Positions 49,790 to 58,145 of a stretch of 64,000 nucleotides of DNA are shown here, piece after piece. The DNA is taken from positions 18,586 through 82,585 of the IMG/VR virus record IMGVR_UViG_3300020718_000278. The stretch is one strand, 5' to 3'. Position numbers and translations under genes: made by a program. The notes under the pieces are model-generated. The model had not been told where the DNA came from and ran no database searches. It saw only the letters and a program-made list of their open reading frames with translations. Numbering within the stretch: position 1 is the stretch's first letter; the number at the start of each line of letters is the position of its first letter. The stretch is from a virus. Its lineage: Duplodnaviria > Caudoviricetes.

Positions 49790-50928
49790 TATTTAAAAGT
49801 TCCAATATAGTAAAGAGGAGAAATACAAATTCTTTGTTTTAACAACCCACTAAATGCGTTTGTATGAACATTTTTAGTCCACTCATCAAAATAATATTGC
49901 CAACGATCAATCCATGGCTGTATTTCTTTGACTTTGAGATAGTACTTATCGCGTTCTCTAGCAACTGAATTAAATTCGTTGGCTCTTCCAGCTTGAAATT
50001 TTGTATGATCCCAGGTTGAATAAATCATTTGTTTTTGTATGGTTATCATTTCCTGAGTTCTGTATGAATTTACTTTTTTTTGATTTTCTGCTTCGATTAA
50101 GTATCTTTGATCGGTGTGTTTTTGAAAATAATCAAACAAACGATACGCCTGCTCAAATGGCAGTTCAGGCATGTCTATTGCCCAATAAAATAATTCATTG
50201 TTTACATCAACCCCTTCTAATTTGTCAAGTACTACAGATGACCCGTCAGTAAATATCATAGAACAAGTATTGCCTATTTTAAGAATACTTGGTTTGTCTA
50301 TGCCAAAAATGTTAGCAACTGATTTTCCTTTATGCAATAATTCTTTCTGATTATTTGAATATGCTTTTCTACGGAGTAATTCAAAGAGAGAAACATATTG
50401 CCCAGCATTGATAAAAGTATCATCGTTAACTACTTCCTCAATAGGTGTTTTAAACATATCTGAAACTGTAATTTTAATTTCTGGATGATTTGTTGCCAGC
50501 CATTGTAGTACTGGTTTAGTAACATAATCCCATTCTGAAAAAATATTCTCGGCACCTTTTATGTAAGTGTTTGGTGTATAGATTTTTGATTCAATTTCTT
50601 CACTACGAAAGGTACAGATTTCATCTAATTTAATACCATTGTTAATAAAAGTCATTAGTATGTTGTGACTATCCGATCCACCTGAATAGTGTAAAATTAA
50701 ATAATCATACTTGTCGCGTAGTTGTTGAGCACGGGCCGCATACAGTTTATCTAAATTAGTAGTACCTAGCTTGTCCTTATGAGTACTAGCAAAGTTAGCC
50801 CATAAGTCGTCATGGAATATCCATTTTAACGGTTCTTTAAATTTTGTCGCATGAAGTAGGGCCTGAGACTTACTAGTAAAATTAAAATCTCCAACAGTAT
50901 AATACCCTAATGTAGTTTCTTGAAAAAT
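49789..50928 (-). CDS. PP-loop protein, long subfamily A (379 aa); apparent ATT start, track ORF truncated at 50655
   Basis: Frame open from 50940; hand translation gives IFQETTLGYYTVGDFNFTSK...WIFHDD...LDKLYAARAQQLRDKYDYLILHYSGGSDSHN, colinear with its paralogues; GGAG 7 nt before ATT. Confidence 0.75.
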   Translation of the reverse strand: MFQETTLGYYTVGDFNFTSKSQALLHATKFKEPLKWIFHDDLWANFASTHKDKLGTTNLDKLYAARAQQLRDKYDYLILHYSGGSDSHNILMTFINNGIKLDEICTFRSEEIESKIYTPNTYIKGAENIFSEWDYVTKPVLQWLATNHPEIKITVSDMFKTPIEEVVNDDTFINAGQYVSLFELLRRKAYSNNQKELLHKGKSVANIFGIDKPSILKIGNTCSMIFTDGSSVVLDKLEGVDVNNELFYWAIDMPELPFEQAYRLFDYFQKHTDQRYLIEAENQKKVNSYRTQEMITIQKQMIYSTWDHTKFQAGRANEFNSVARERDKYYLKVKEIQPWIDRWQYYFDEWTKNVHTNAFSGLLKQRICISPLYYIGTFK

Positions 50929-50940
50929 AAAATATCTCCG

Positions 50941-52146
50941 TTAGATAATTGATACTGGAAGGCCAAATTTATAAGTTTCGCCAATCTTGTAATATTTCAT
51001 ACTTAGATTAAACTTTATTGGCAAATTAGTTTTATGATCAGTAGTGTAATATTTCTGATCTATACCGTTGAAAAATAACTTAAAATCAGATTTCATCATT
51101 TGCCAGGTAGCGGTATCTTTGTGAAGTTTTTCAAACCAAGCATCATGTTGTGCAAAAAATGCCGTGGTAGGTTTTTTTGCTTGGAATACTTTTTTATCCA
51201 ACATTGGATATATAGCCGGTACTATACCTCTTTCAAAAAATCCTGCTTCCCAGTTTGGATCAGTTTCCCAACGCCAACCTTTGCTAATTTTTGGAATTAT
51301 ATTTTTACTATTGTATATCATATTATTATACAAATGTAAATTTTCAGCACGACTAATATAACGAGCTGTTACATGGGCTTGTTTAACCATGAGCCTTGGT
51401 AAATCACCGTTGTAATAAAATAATTCAACAGATGCCATTGGATGGTCTAATGCTGGAAAACCGTTGTTAACTAAAATATCTCTAAATAACACATAATAAG
51501 AATTTTTATGTTCTACAAGGCATGGTTTATCTAAACCATACAAGAAACAAATTCGTTTACCACTATCGGCAATTTTCTTTAAATGATTATATTCATCTCG
51601 TTCTAAACGATAGCGAGCGGCAAAAGTAGGATGAATGTAACTGCCTGATTTCCACAGCCATTCATCGGTTTTGTATTCAAGCATATCTTCAAAGTAATCG
51701 TGTATAGTTACTTTTACTGTAGGATGCTTAATAGCTATTTCTTTTAATTCTGGCAGTTGTGCTAATCTTGTTTCGCTAATTGTGTTTTCTGCTCGAGTAT
51801 CGTTAGTATCTTGCCAATTTTTGAGACCTGATACTGGTGCGCCGGCTACTATTTCATCTAAATATATATTATTTTTTAAAAAACTATATACCATATTAGT
51901 GCTATCGGCTCCGCCACTAAAAAAAGCTACTATGTAATCGTACTTGTCTCTTAATTGTTGTGCTCGTTGTCGATATAATTCATCTAAACTATCAGTAGGC
52001 TCATCTGTCCAGTCCGTGGCTTTATAAACATCGTCGTGAAAATACCAGTCTATATTGGCTTTAGTTTTATTAGCCTCGTATATAGCAGCTACTTTTTCTA
52101 AAATTATTTGGCCGTTAACTGTATAGTATCCGGTATTAAATGACAT
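50941..52146 (-). CDS. PP-loop protein, long subfamily A
   Basis: GYYTVNG...WYFHDD...LDELYRQRAQQLRDKYDY...FSGGADSTN; YGLDKP. Confidence 0.78.
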   Translation of the reverse strand: MSFNTGYYTVNGQIILEKVAAIYEANKTKANIDWYFHDDVYKATDWTDEPTDSLDELYRQRAQQLRDKYDYIVAFFSGGADSTNMVYSFLKNNIYLDEIVAGAPVSGLKNWQDTNDTRAENTISETRLAQLPELKEIAIKHPTVKVTIHDYFEDMLEYKTDEWLWKSGSYIHPTFAARYRLERDEYNHLKKIADSGKRICFLYGLDKPCLVEHKNSYYVLFRDILVNNGFPALDHPMASVELFYYNGDLPRLMVKQAHVTARYISRAENLHLYNNMIYNSKNIIPKISKGWRWETDPNWEAGFFERGIVPAIYPMLDKKVFQAKKPTTAFFAQHDAWFEKLHKDTATWQMMKSDFKLFFNGIDQKYYTTDHKTNLPIKFNLSMKYYKIGETYKFGLPVSII

Positions 52147-53498
52147 TATTTTTTAATTAGTTTGGCAGCAATTATACAACTTAACAGTGATAAAACTAAA
52201 CCATATGACACAAAATACATATCATATGTTGGATTTTTTAATAATCTACCCATCCAAGAAATATATAATGCGCCGCTAATAGTTACAATACTGCCATAAA
52301 ATACAACAACTTCTTTCATTTTTATCTGATAAATTTGAAAAACCATTGGAATAAACATACTAGCACGAACTGCGCTCATAAACATAAAAATTGACCATAC
52401 TTCAACTTTACTCCAACTTATTAACCAAGCTATTAAAAAGAATACTACCATAATAATACGAACACTAGTAGTATCTTCTTTTTTAATCCATTCTCTACTA
52501 ATAAGACTACCGATGTAATTTAAGCAACTGTCTATTACGGTACTAGTTTGTCCAATTAATAACACACCAAATGCTGTAATTGCCAGTGGTCCATATAAAT
52601 CCATAATTCCAACTAAACTACTTAATTCAGGCGCCTTAAGTTCTAAAGCATGGGCTTGTGCGTATAGTCCAAAGGAACCTAACGCAAATACCATGGCCGA
52701 AAATAAAAAGAAAGCAATAATATAGCTAGGCCAGATATTTTCTTTAGGCATACTAAATGATTTTTGCCAGAATGCTCCGTGACTTGCTGAACCTAGTAAT
52801 ATACCACCTAAGTAAGCTAACCCAAATGTAGTTAAAAATTTATCGTTGAATACTGTAGTAAGATTATTTTTGCCAAATACGGAATAATCAAAACCACCTT
52901 TAAGCATTCCAAACAACATAATTCCTAAAAACAAGAACCATAAAGTGGTTTGCACAACTCCAGTGTAAATGCTTGTGCGGATACCGCCTTTTGCTGTAAA
53001 CGCCAATGTAATTAATCCAACAGTTAAACTAGCATATATTGGATCAACAACTGCGCCTACACCGGCAAACGCAAAAAATTTGTTAATAGCAGTAAACGCT
53101 AACAATATACCCGCTAGTGAAACAATAGTAAATGAAATTTGATAAAAAATACTAACACGACGACTAAAATTAGTTTTAATATACTCGGTCAACGAATAGC
53201 CATCGGGGTATAAATTACGAATACGATATGTTAATGCGGCTGTAATAATTAAACAAAATGCGTTAGGTAATACAAACCATATTAGTCCAATAATTCCCCA
53301 ATTATACGCTGCAGCTGGGGCAATAAACAATGCTATAGCCCAAAACCAATGACTATTAATAGCCATAGCCGACGATACAAGTTTAAGAGATCTATTTGCG
53401 TATAAAAAGTTAGTGGGCGTATTTGCCCAAACTTTACCTACATAAAAAAAATATACAAAAAAAGAAAATAAAAATACTAAAGAAATTTCAAAAATCAT
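52146..53498 (-). CDS. Sodium:solute symporter-family transporter (SSS, urea/proline-type)
   Basis: About 12-13 hydrophobic segments; NFLYANRSL, AAAYNWGIIG, GGIRTSIYTGVVQ, STVIDSCL. Confidence 0.82.
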   Translation of the reverse strand: MIFEISLVFLFSFFVYFFYVGKVWANTPTNFLYANRSLKLVSSAMAINSHWFWAIALFIAPAAAYNWGIIGLIWFVLPNAFCLIITAALTYRIRNLYPDGYSLTEYIKTNFSRRVSIFYQISFTIVSLAGILLAFTAINKFFAFAGVGAVVDPIYASLTVGLITLAFTAKGGIRTSIYTGVVQTTLWFLFLGIMLFGMLKGGFDYSVFGKNNLTTVFNDKFLTTFGLAYLGGILLGSASHGAFWQKSFSMPKENIWPSYIIAFFLFSAMVFALGSFGLYAQAHALELKAPELSSLVGIMDLYGPLAITAFGVLLIGQTSTVIDSCLNYIGSLISREWIKKEDTTSVRIIMVVFFLIAWLISWSKVEVWSIFMFMSAVRASMFIPMVFQIYQIKMKEVVVFYGSIVTISGALYISWMGRLLKNPTYDMYFVSYGLVLSLLSCIIAAKLIKK

Positions 53499-53574
53499 TG
53501 CGCACCTTTAAATTATAATGTATATATCCTATAATAGCCTACACTACAAATTTTAAAGATGTTGAATTTTTAAT

Positions 53575-53880
53575 TTACGATATAGTTTCGTTAAGAGTAG
53601 AAGTAATGCCATTGGCTTTATTGTATGCTACTCTAGCTACTTGCTCTGGTAGTTTAGCACGGGCTGACATCCAATTAGCATAATTTTCTACAGTATCAAA
53701 AATGATTGCTGCCTGTCTAGTATCTGAAGTAGGATTTGTTGTTGTTTGACTAATAAATCCTGGTTGTGATTTAGTAAATGCGTTGATTGCATCGGTTAAT
53801 GCTTTATTAGCATCAGAACTTTGAGGGAAAAACTGAACCCCGCTAGGTTTAGTAGAATTAATTGTTAAAGTAACCGCCAT
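53575..53880 (-). CDS. 101-aa late protein, possible ABM-like barrel or small virion protein
   Basis: Strong AGGAG SD, own TAAATA; QPGFIS...AIIFDTVENYANW resembles the ABM motif. Confidence 0.55.
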   Translation of the reverse strand: MAVTLTINSTKPSGVQFFPQSSDANKALTDAINAFTKSQPGFISQTTTNPTSDTRQAAIIFDTVENYANWMSARAKLPEQVARVAYNKANGITSTLNETIS

Positions 53881-53903
53881 GTTAATAACTCCTATTAATA
53901 TGT

Positions 53904-53909
53904 TATTTA
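53904..53909 (-). promoter_or_regulatory. Late promoter core TAAATA
   Basis: acTAAATA in the gap upstream of the SD of the 101-aa gene. Confidence 0.6.
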
Positions 53910-53917
53910 GTGTAAAT

Positions 53918-54991
53918 CTAACTTAATTTGAATAGTTTTTCAGCATTACGAAAAGCTATATTTTCTATATCTTGTTGAGAAAGCCCGGAAGCGTATAAAT
54001 CGCTAGTATCTTTCCACTTGTTTAATCCGCTAGGGTCGTGGTGTGGATAATCTGTACTAAACAGTAATCGTTTTGGACCAACATATTCCATTAAAACATT
54101 AAAACTAGGCTTCATTTCTATGTCAATAGTAAAATATATATTTTCTTTGATATAACTAAAAGGATGATTTTTACATTTATATAGACTTGGATCACGAGTA
54201 TAAGACTCTGCTATATTCTTCAAAATTTTGCCTATCATTAGTTGGGCGCCTTCTGTTAGTATTATTTGAAGTTTTGGATGTCGGTCGAATATATTGTCAG
54301 ATAATAAATCATAAACGCCCATCTCTAATCGACCTACAGGTTTATTATTTGCAATAAGTTTAATGCGTTCTGGTAAAGAATATGCTATATCGTGCTGCAT
54401 TGAAAAATGCGTGAATATAACAATATCATTCTTTTCACACATATCGTAAAATTCCTCCATACGGTCGATGACTGACCACGGGACATCTCCTTTTGTAGTA
54501 GGATCGTACACAGTATAATGTAAGTATGCTACTTTAAAATTATTATCAATAGCCCACTGTAATTCTAACAATGCCATATCCATATCTTGAAATGGCAGTA
54601 ATGCGACCCCAAAGAATCTGTCTGGATATTGATCTACGATATTTTTAACTACTATATTATAGCTATGGGCCATGGCAGCTCCAAGATTTTTTTCGGTTGA
54701 ATAGTTAAACCTCATAGCTCGCTCCTGCGGAGCAAGCAATTGCATATCAACTTTCATCTTTGCTAAATCTTTAAATCTTTCGACTATGTTAGTAAGCCCG
54801 TATAAATCGCAATGAAGTGTATCTGGTTTGCTGTCGGTTTTGTTTATAATTGGATCTTTAGCATATTGTATATCAAACAATCTACCATCTTTATCAAAAA
54901 ATAGCTTAGGCAAATCTTGTTTAAGGTTGTCTGGCACAAAGTCAAATATTTCTGGGGGAATAATATGACTGTCACAATCGATTATTTTCAT
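53918..54991 (-). CDS. Amidohydrolase_2-family metal-dependent hydrolase/decarboxylase
   Basis: IIDCDSH, RFFGVALLP.QD...A..EL, FTH, HP.LQIILTEG, RLLFSTDYPH. Confidence 0.88.
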   Translation of the reverse strand: MKIIDCDSHIIPPEIFDFVPDNLKQDLPKLFFDKDGRLFDIQYAKDPIINKTDSKPDTLHCDLYGLTNIVERFKDLAKMKVDMQLLAPQERAMRFNYSTEKNLGAAMAHSYNIVVKNIVDQYPDRFFGVALLPFQDMDMALLELQWAIDNNFKVAYLHYTVYDPTTKGDVPWSVIDRMEEFYDMCEKNDIVIFTHFSMQHDIAYSLPERIKLIANNKPVGRLEMGVYDLLSDNIFDRHPKLQIILTEGAQLMIGKILKNIAESYTRDPSLYKCKNHPFSYIKENIYFTIDIEMKPSFNVLMEYVGPKRLLFSTDYPHHDPSGLNKWKDTSDLYASGLSQQDIENIAFRNAEKLFKLS

Positions 54992-54995
54992 ATAA

Positions 54996-55874
54996 TTATT
55001 TAGCTACCCATTTTTTATAAGTAGGGACTATTACTCGTTCTACGTAATCAGACTTTCGATTCATATCAACATTGTATCCTTGATTTTTAAAATATTCGTA
55101 ACGGTTAGCTTTTACAAATCCAACAGTTAGAGCGTCTGATAAATTGCGAAAATCTGTAGTATCGCGATTAACTGCCATGCTAAAAAAGTTAACTAAATTT
55201 GCTGTAGGAGCATATTTGTGTAAACTAGGCACATCGTCTATAGAGTCAGCTTGTGCAACTCCTAAAATACGAACCGCTTGTTCTTTTTGTTTAAAGAATC
55301 CATACGCATCTGATTGCATATCAACATGACCACCTAACAATGCTGTATAAGCTTCAGAACTTCCTTTAAATCTTATTGCTTGTATATCGTGATGACTATA
55401 TTTTTTTATTTCTTCAACTAACATATTATGAGATTCACCGGCAACAGCAATATTAATTCGCTGTCTTGGTATGGTCTTGTCAAACAACGCACTCAATGAT
55501 TTAAATTTACTTTTAGAACTAACACCTATTGCTAGCGGGCTGGACAATACTGGTCCAACGAATCTTAATTTATCAATAAAATTATTTTCAGGATTGACTA
55601 TAGCTTCAAATAGTATTTGCCCGCCTGAAATTCCCAAAGCTATTTTAGCAGAAGGTGGTTGAGCAAAAAAACTTTTTAAGGCAATGACACCATTTGCTCC
55701 TGGTTTATTTTCTACTATAAATTTAAAATCAGTATTAGCTTCGGCATCGGCAGTAAGAATTCTAATAATAGTATCGGTTCCGCCCGGACCGTAGCCTACG
55801 GTAACAGTTACTTCGTTAGGAGCAGCTAAAACGGATGTAGTTAAAAATAGTAATGCTAAAAGTATTTTTTTCAT
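54996..55874 (-). CDS. Bug/TctC-family tripartite tricarboxylate transporter substrate-binding protein
   Basis: Signal peptide MKKILLALLFLTTSVLA; VGYGPGGTD...IVENKPGANG; FKGSSEAYTALLGGHVD. Confidence 0.85.
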   Translation of the reverse strand: MKKILLALLFLTTSVLAAPNEVTVTVGYGPGGTDTIIRILTADAEANTDFKFIVENKPGANGVIALKSFFAQPPSAKIALGISGGQILFEAIVNPENNFIDKLRFVGPVLSSPLAIGVSSKSKFKSLSALFDKTIPRQRINIAVAGESHNMLVEEIKKYSHHDIQAIRFKGSSEAYTALLGGHVDMQSDAYGFFKQKEQAVRILGVAQADSIDDVPSLHKYAPTANLVNFFSMAVNRDTTDFRNLSDALTVGFVKANRYEYFKNQGYNVDMNRKSDYVERVIVPTYKKWVAK

Positions 55875-55906
55875 ACTATTACTTATTTTGTTGCTTGAGT
55901 TGCCAT

Positions 55907-55932
55907 AAAAAAGCCCTCATTATGAGGGCTTT
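55907..55932 (-). terminator. Intrinsic terminator after dctP
   Basis: Minus strand AAAGCCCTCA-TAA-TGAGGGC-TTTTTT. Confidence 0.85.
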
Positions 55933-55952
55933 GATGTTATTACTAATGTTGT

Positions 55953-56909
55953 TTAAGCATTTTTGATACGATTAACCAAATTATCGGAAAAGTATGTAGT
56001 ATACTTGTCGTAGATTGGAGTCATCATAGATTTGAATTTAGCAACTTCTGCATCGTCCCACTTAATAACATTAACACCGTTGGCACGGCACTCTGCTTCA
56101 ACACGAACAGCATCTTCGACACTTTCGACACGCTCAATCTTAGCACTAGCTACCCCAGCGGCTTTCATAGCGGCTTGTTGTTCTTCTGTTAATGTATTCC
56201 AAAACTCGCGATTAACAATAATACTAGTACAAGAAATATTGTGCTCCATATCATTGATGAATGGTAATGCTTTGTCGTTGTTTAATGGATAGTAACGTGT
56301 GTAAGTACACTCGCCAGCTTCTACTTCACCGGACAATGTGCGTTCTGTTAATTCTTCAACTGGGAAGAATGTAGTTTCAGCACCTAACGCATCAAATGTG
56401 TCTTTGATAACTGGTCCACTACTAACACGGAACTTAACACCTTTAAAATCTTCTACACTAGCAATAGCTTTAGTAGCAGGAATAGTTCTATAACCACCGC
56501 TGTATGTAAATGCCAATGCCTTAATCTTTTCGCCACCTTCGGACTCTAATTTGCCTAAAAGTTCAGCACCAATTTCGCCATCAAACACACGAGCTGCATG
56601 GTCATGGTCTTTAAACAAGAATGGCATATCGATAACATTCAATGTGCGGGAATAACGATCCGCTAACCATGTTGTGTATAATTGACTTACTTGAATCTTG
56701 CCAGCTTCCATTAAATCTAATACATCTTTTTTGCCGACTGGAACGCCATTGTTGTACTTTTCACTGTATTCAGTGTCAGTAAGTACTTCAATTTCAATTT
56801 GTCCTGGTACACGCTCTTCCAAAGCATCTTTGAAAAATTTAGCAGCACGGATGAACAAATATGCTGGATCGTGGGCAATAACCCAGGTAATTTTTTTAGT
56901 TTGACTCAT
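55953..56909 (-). CDS. dctP: TRAP transporter substrate-binding protein DctP-like, no signal peptide
   Basis: DMPFLFKDHDHA, YSGGYR, EDFKGVKFRV, F.ALGA...P..E; start at 56909 after AAGGAGA. Confidence 0.88.
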   Translation of the reverse strand: MSQTKKITWVIAHDPAYLFIRAAKFFKDALEERVPGQIEIEVLTDTEYSEKYNNGVPVGKKDVLDLMEAGKIQVSQLYTTWLADRYSRTLNVIDMPFLFKDHDHAARVFDGEIGAELLGKLESEGGEKIKALAFTYSGGYRTIPATKAIASVEDFKGVKFRVSSGPVIKDTFDALGAETTFFPVEELTERTLSGEVEAGECTYTRYYPLNNDKALPFINDMEHNISCTSIIVNREFWNTLTEEQQAAMKAAGVASAKIERVESVEDAVRVEAECRANGVNVIKWDDAEVAKFKSMMTPIYDKYTTYFSDNLVNRIKNA

Positions 56910-56935
56910 TTTATCTCCTTTAGATAATACAGTAT

Positions 56936-56941
56936 TATTTA
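56936..56941 (-). promoter_or_regulatory. Late promoter core TAAATA upstream of dctP
   Basis: gcTAAATA in the gap upstream of the SD. Confidence 0.55.
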
Positions 56942-56963
56942 GCCTTTGCAAATAATTATATCC

Positions 56964-58145
56964 CTAAATTTGGGATGGTTTTATGTACAATTCTTTAAAT
57001 TTTTCTAAACTACCTATAACATAGGAGTTACGATAGTTTATAAAACCATTTTTATTACCCTTAGGAAACAGATATTTGGGGTTTATGGACTTGTAAAAAT
57101 TTTCAAAATCGCTAATTACTAATTGATTTATTCTAGTATCTTTGTGCAAATCGTGAAACCAATTATCATGATCCGCCATGAAGAAGTCCTTAGATTTTTT
57201 AGCTTGGAACACCTTAGTCATATCTAAATCTGGGTATATAATAGGAACAATAGCCCGTTGGTAGGAGCTGTTTTCGTATTGTGCCTTAACTTCTGGCGGA
57301 CTATCGTGATTAAACATAAGACCTTTTATGTATTCATATCTTGGTTGCAAATGAATAGCTTTAATAATTTCGTGAGATTGTTTTATTAATATTTCAGGCA
57401 TAGTAGGAGTTGAATAAAACAATACAATGTCCGCATTATCATAGAAATCTTCAAATGGTTGCCTTGGTACATTTACTCCCACATCATAAATTGTACTTAT
57501 AAAGTGACCCTTGATAAGTTGTACTTGAGGTTTTTCTGATCCATATATGATAGCAATTTTTTTACCTTGATCCGCTAGAGCCTTGAGGTGTTTTAGCTTA
57601 TCAAGTCTATACCTGGCGGCCGTAGTTGGGTGTACAAAATCAGAAGATTTCATGATCCACTCGTCCGTTTTAAACTCTAACATATTTTCAAAAAAGTCAT
57701 TAATTGAAATTTTTATCTCGGGATGATTTTGCGAAACTGTTTGTAACGCTGGCATTGTAGTAAGTAACCATTCGCTTGCGTTATTAGCAGAATTTGTATC
57801 TAGGCTTGCTTTGAAATCACGCAAACCTGATAAAGGAATACCTGCTACAATTTCATCTATCTTAATGTTATTGTTTAAAAAAGAATACAGTACATTTGTA
57901 CTATCTGCCCCGCCGCTGAACATAATTACTACATAATCGTATTCATCTCTAATCTGTTGAGCTCTAATTTTAAAAAGTTCGCGCAAAGATAATGTAGGTT
58001 CGATGCGCCAATCGACTTTTCTAAATTTATCTTGATGAAAATCCCAACTAATATCAGCACTTGTATGATTAGCTTCCAAGATAGCTTCTATCTTGTCAAA
58101 GAATATTTTTTCATTTACTTTATAGGATCCTAAATAGTCTTTCAT
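56964..58145 (-). CDS. PP-loop protein, long subfamily A
   Basis: LGSYKVN...WDFHQD...LRELFKIRAQQIRDEYDY...FSGGADSTN; YGSEKP. Confidence 0.78.
   Translation of the reverse strand: MKDYLGSYKVNEKIFFDKIEAILEANHTSADISWDFHQDKFRKVDWRIEPTLSLRELFKIRAQQIRDEYDYVVIMFSGGADSTNVLYSFLNNNIKIDEIVAGIPLSGLRDFKASLDTNSANNASEWLLTTMPALQTVSQNHPEIKISINDFFENMLEFKTDEWIMKSSDFVHPTTAARYRLDKLKHLKALADQGKKIAIIYGSEKPQVQLIKGHFISTIYDVGVNVPRQPFEDFYDNADIVLFYSTPTMPEILIKQSHEIIKAIHLQPRYEYIKGLMFNHDSPPEVKAQYENSSYQRAIVPIIYPDLDMTKVFQAKKSKDFFMADHDNWFHDLHKDTRINQLVISDFENFYKSINPKYLFPKGNKNGFINYRNSYVIGSLEKFKELYIKPSQI

Noticed and set aside
55886-55906. 7-codon ORF MATQATK on the minus strand between the dctP terminator and the Bug gene, as a precursor peptide
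   Set aside because: No SD, lies right after the terminator U-tract, too short to support
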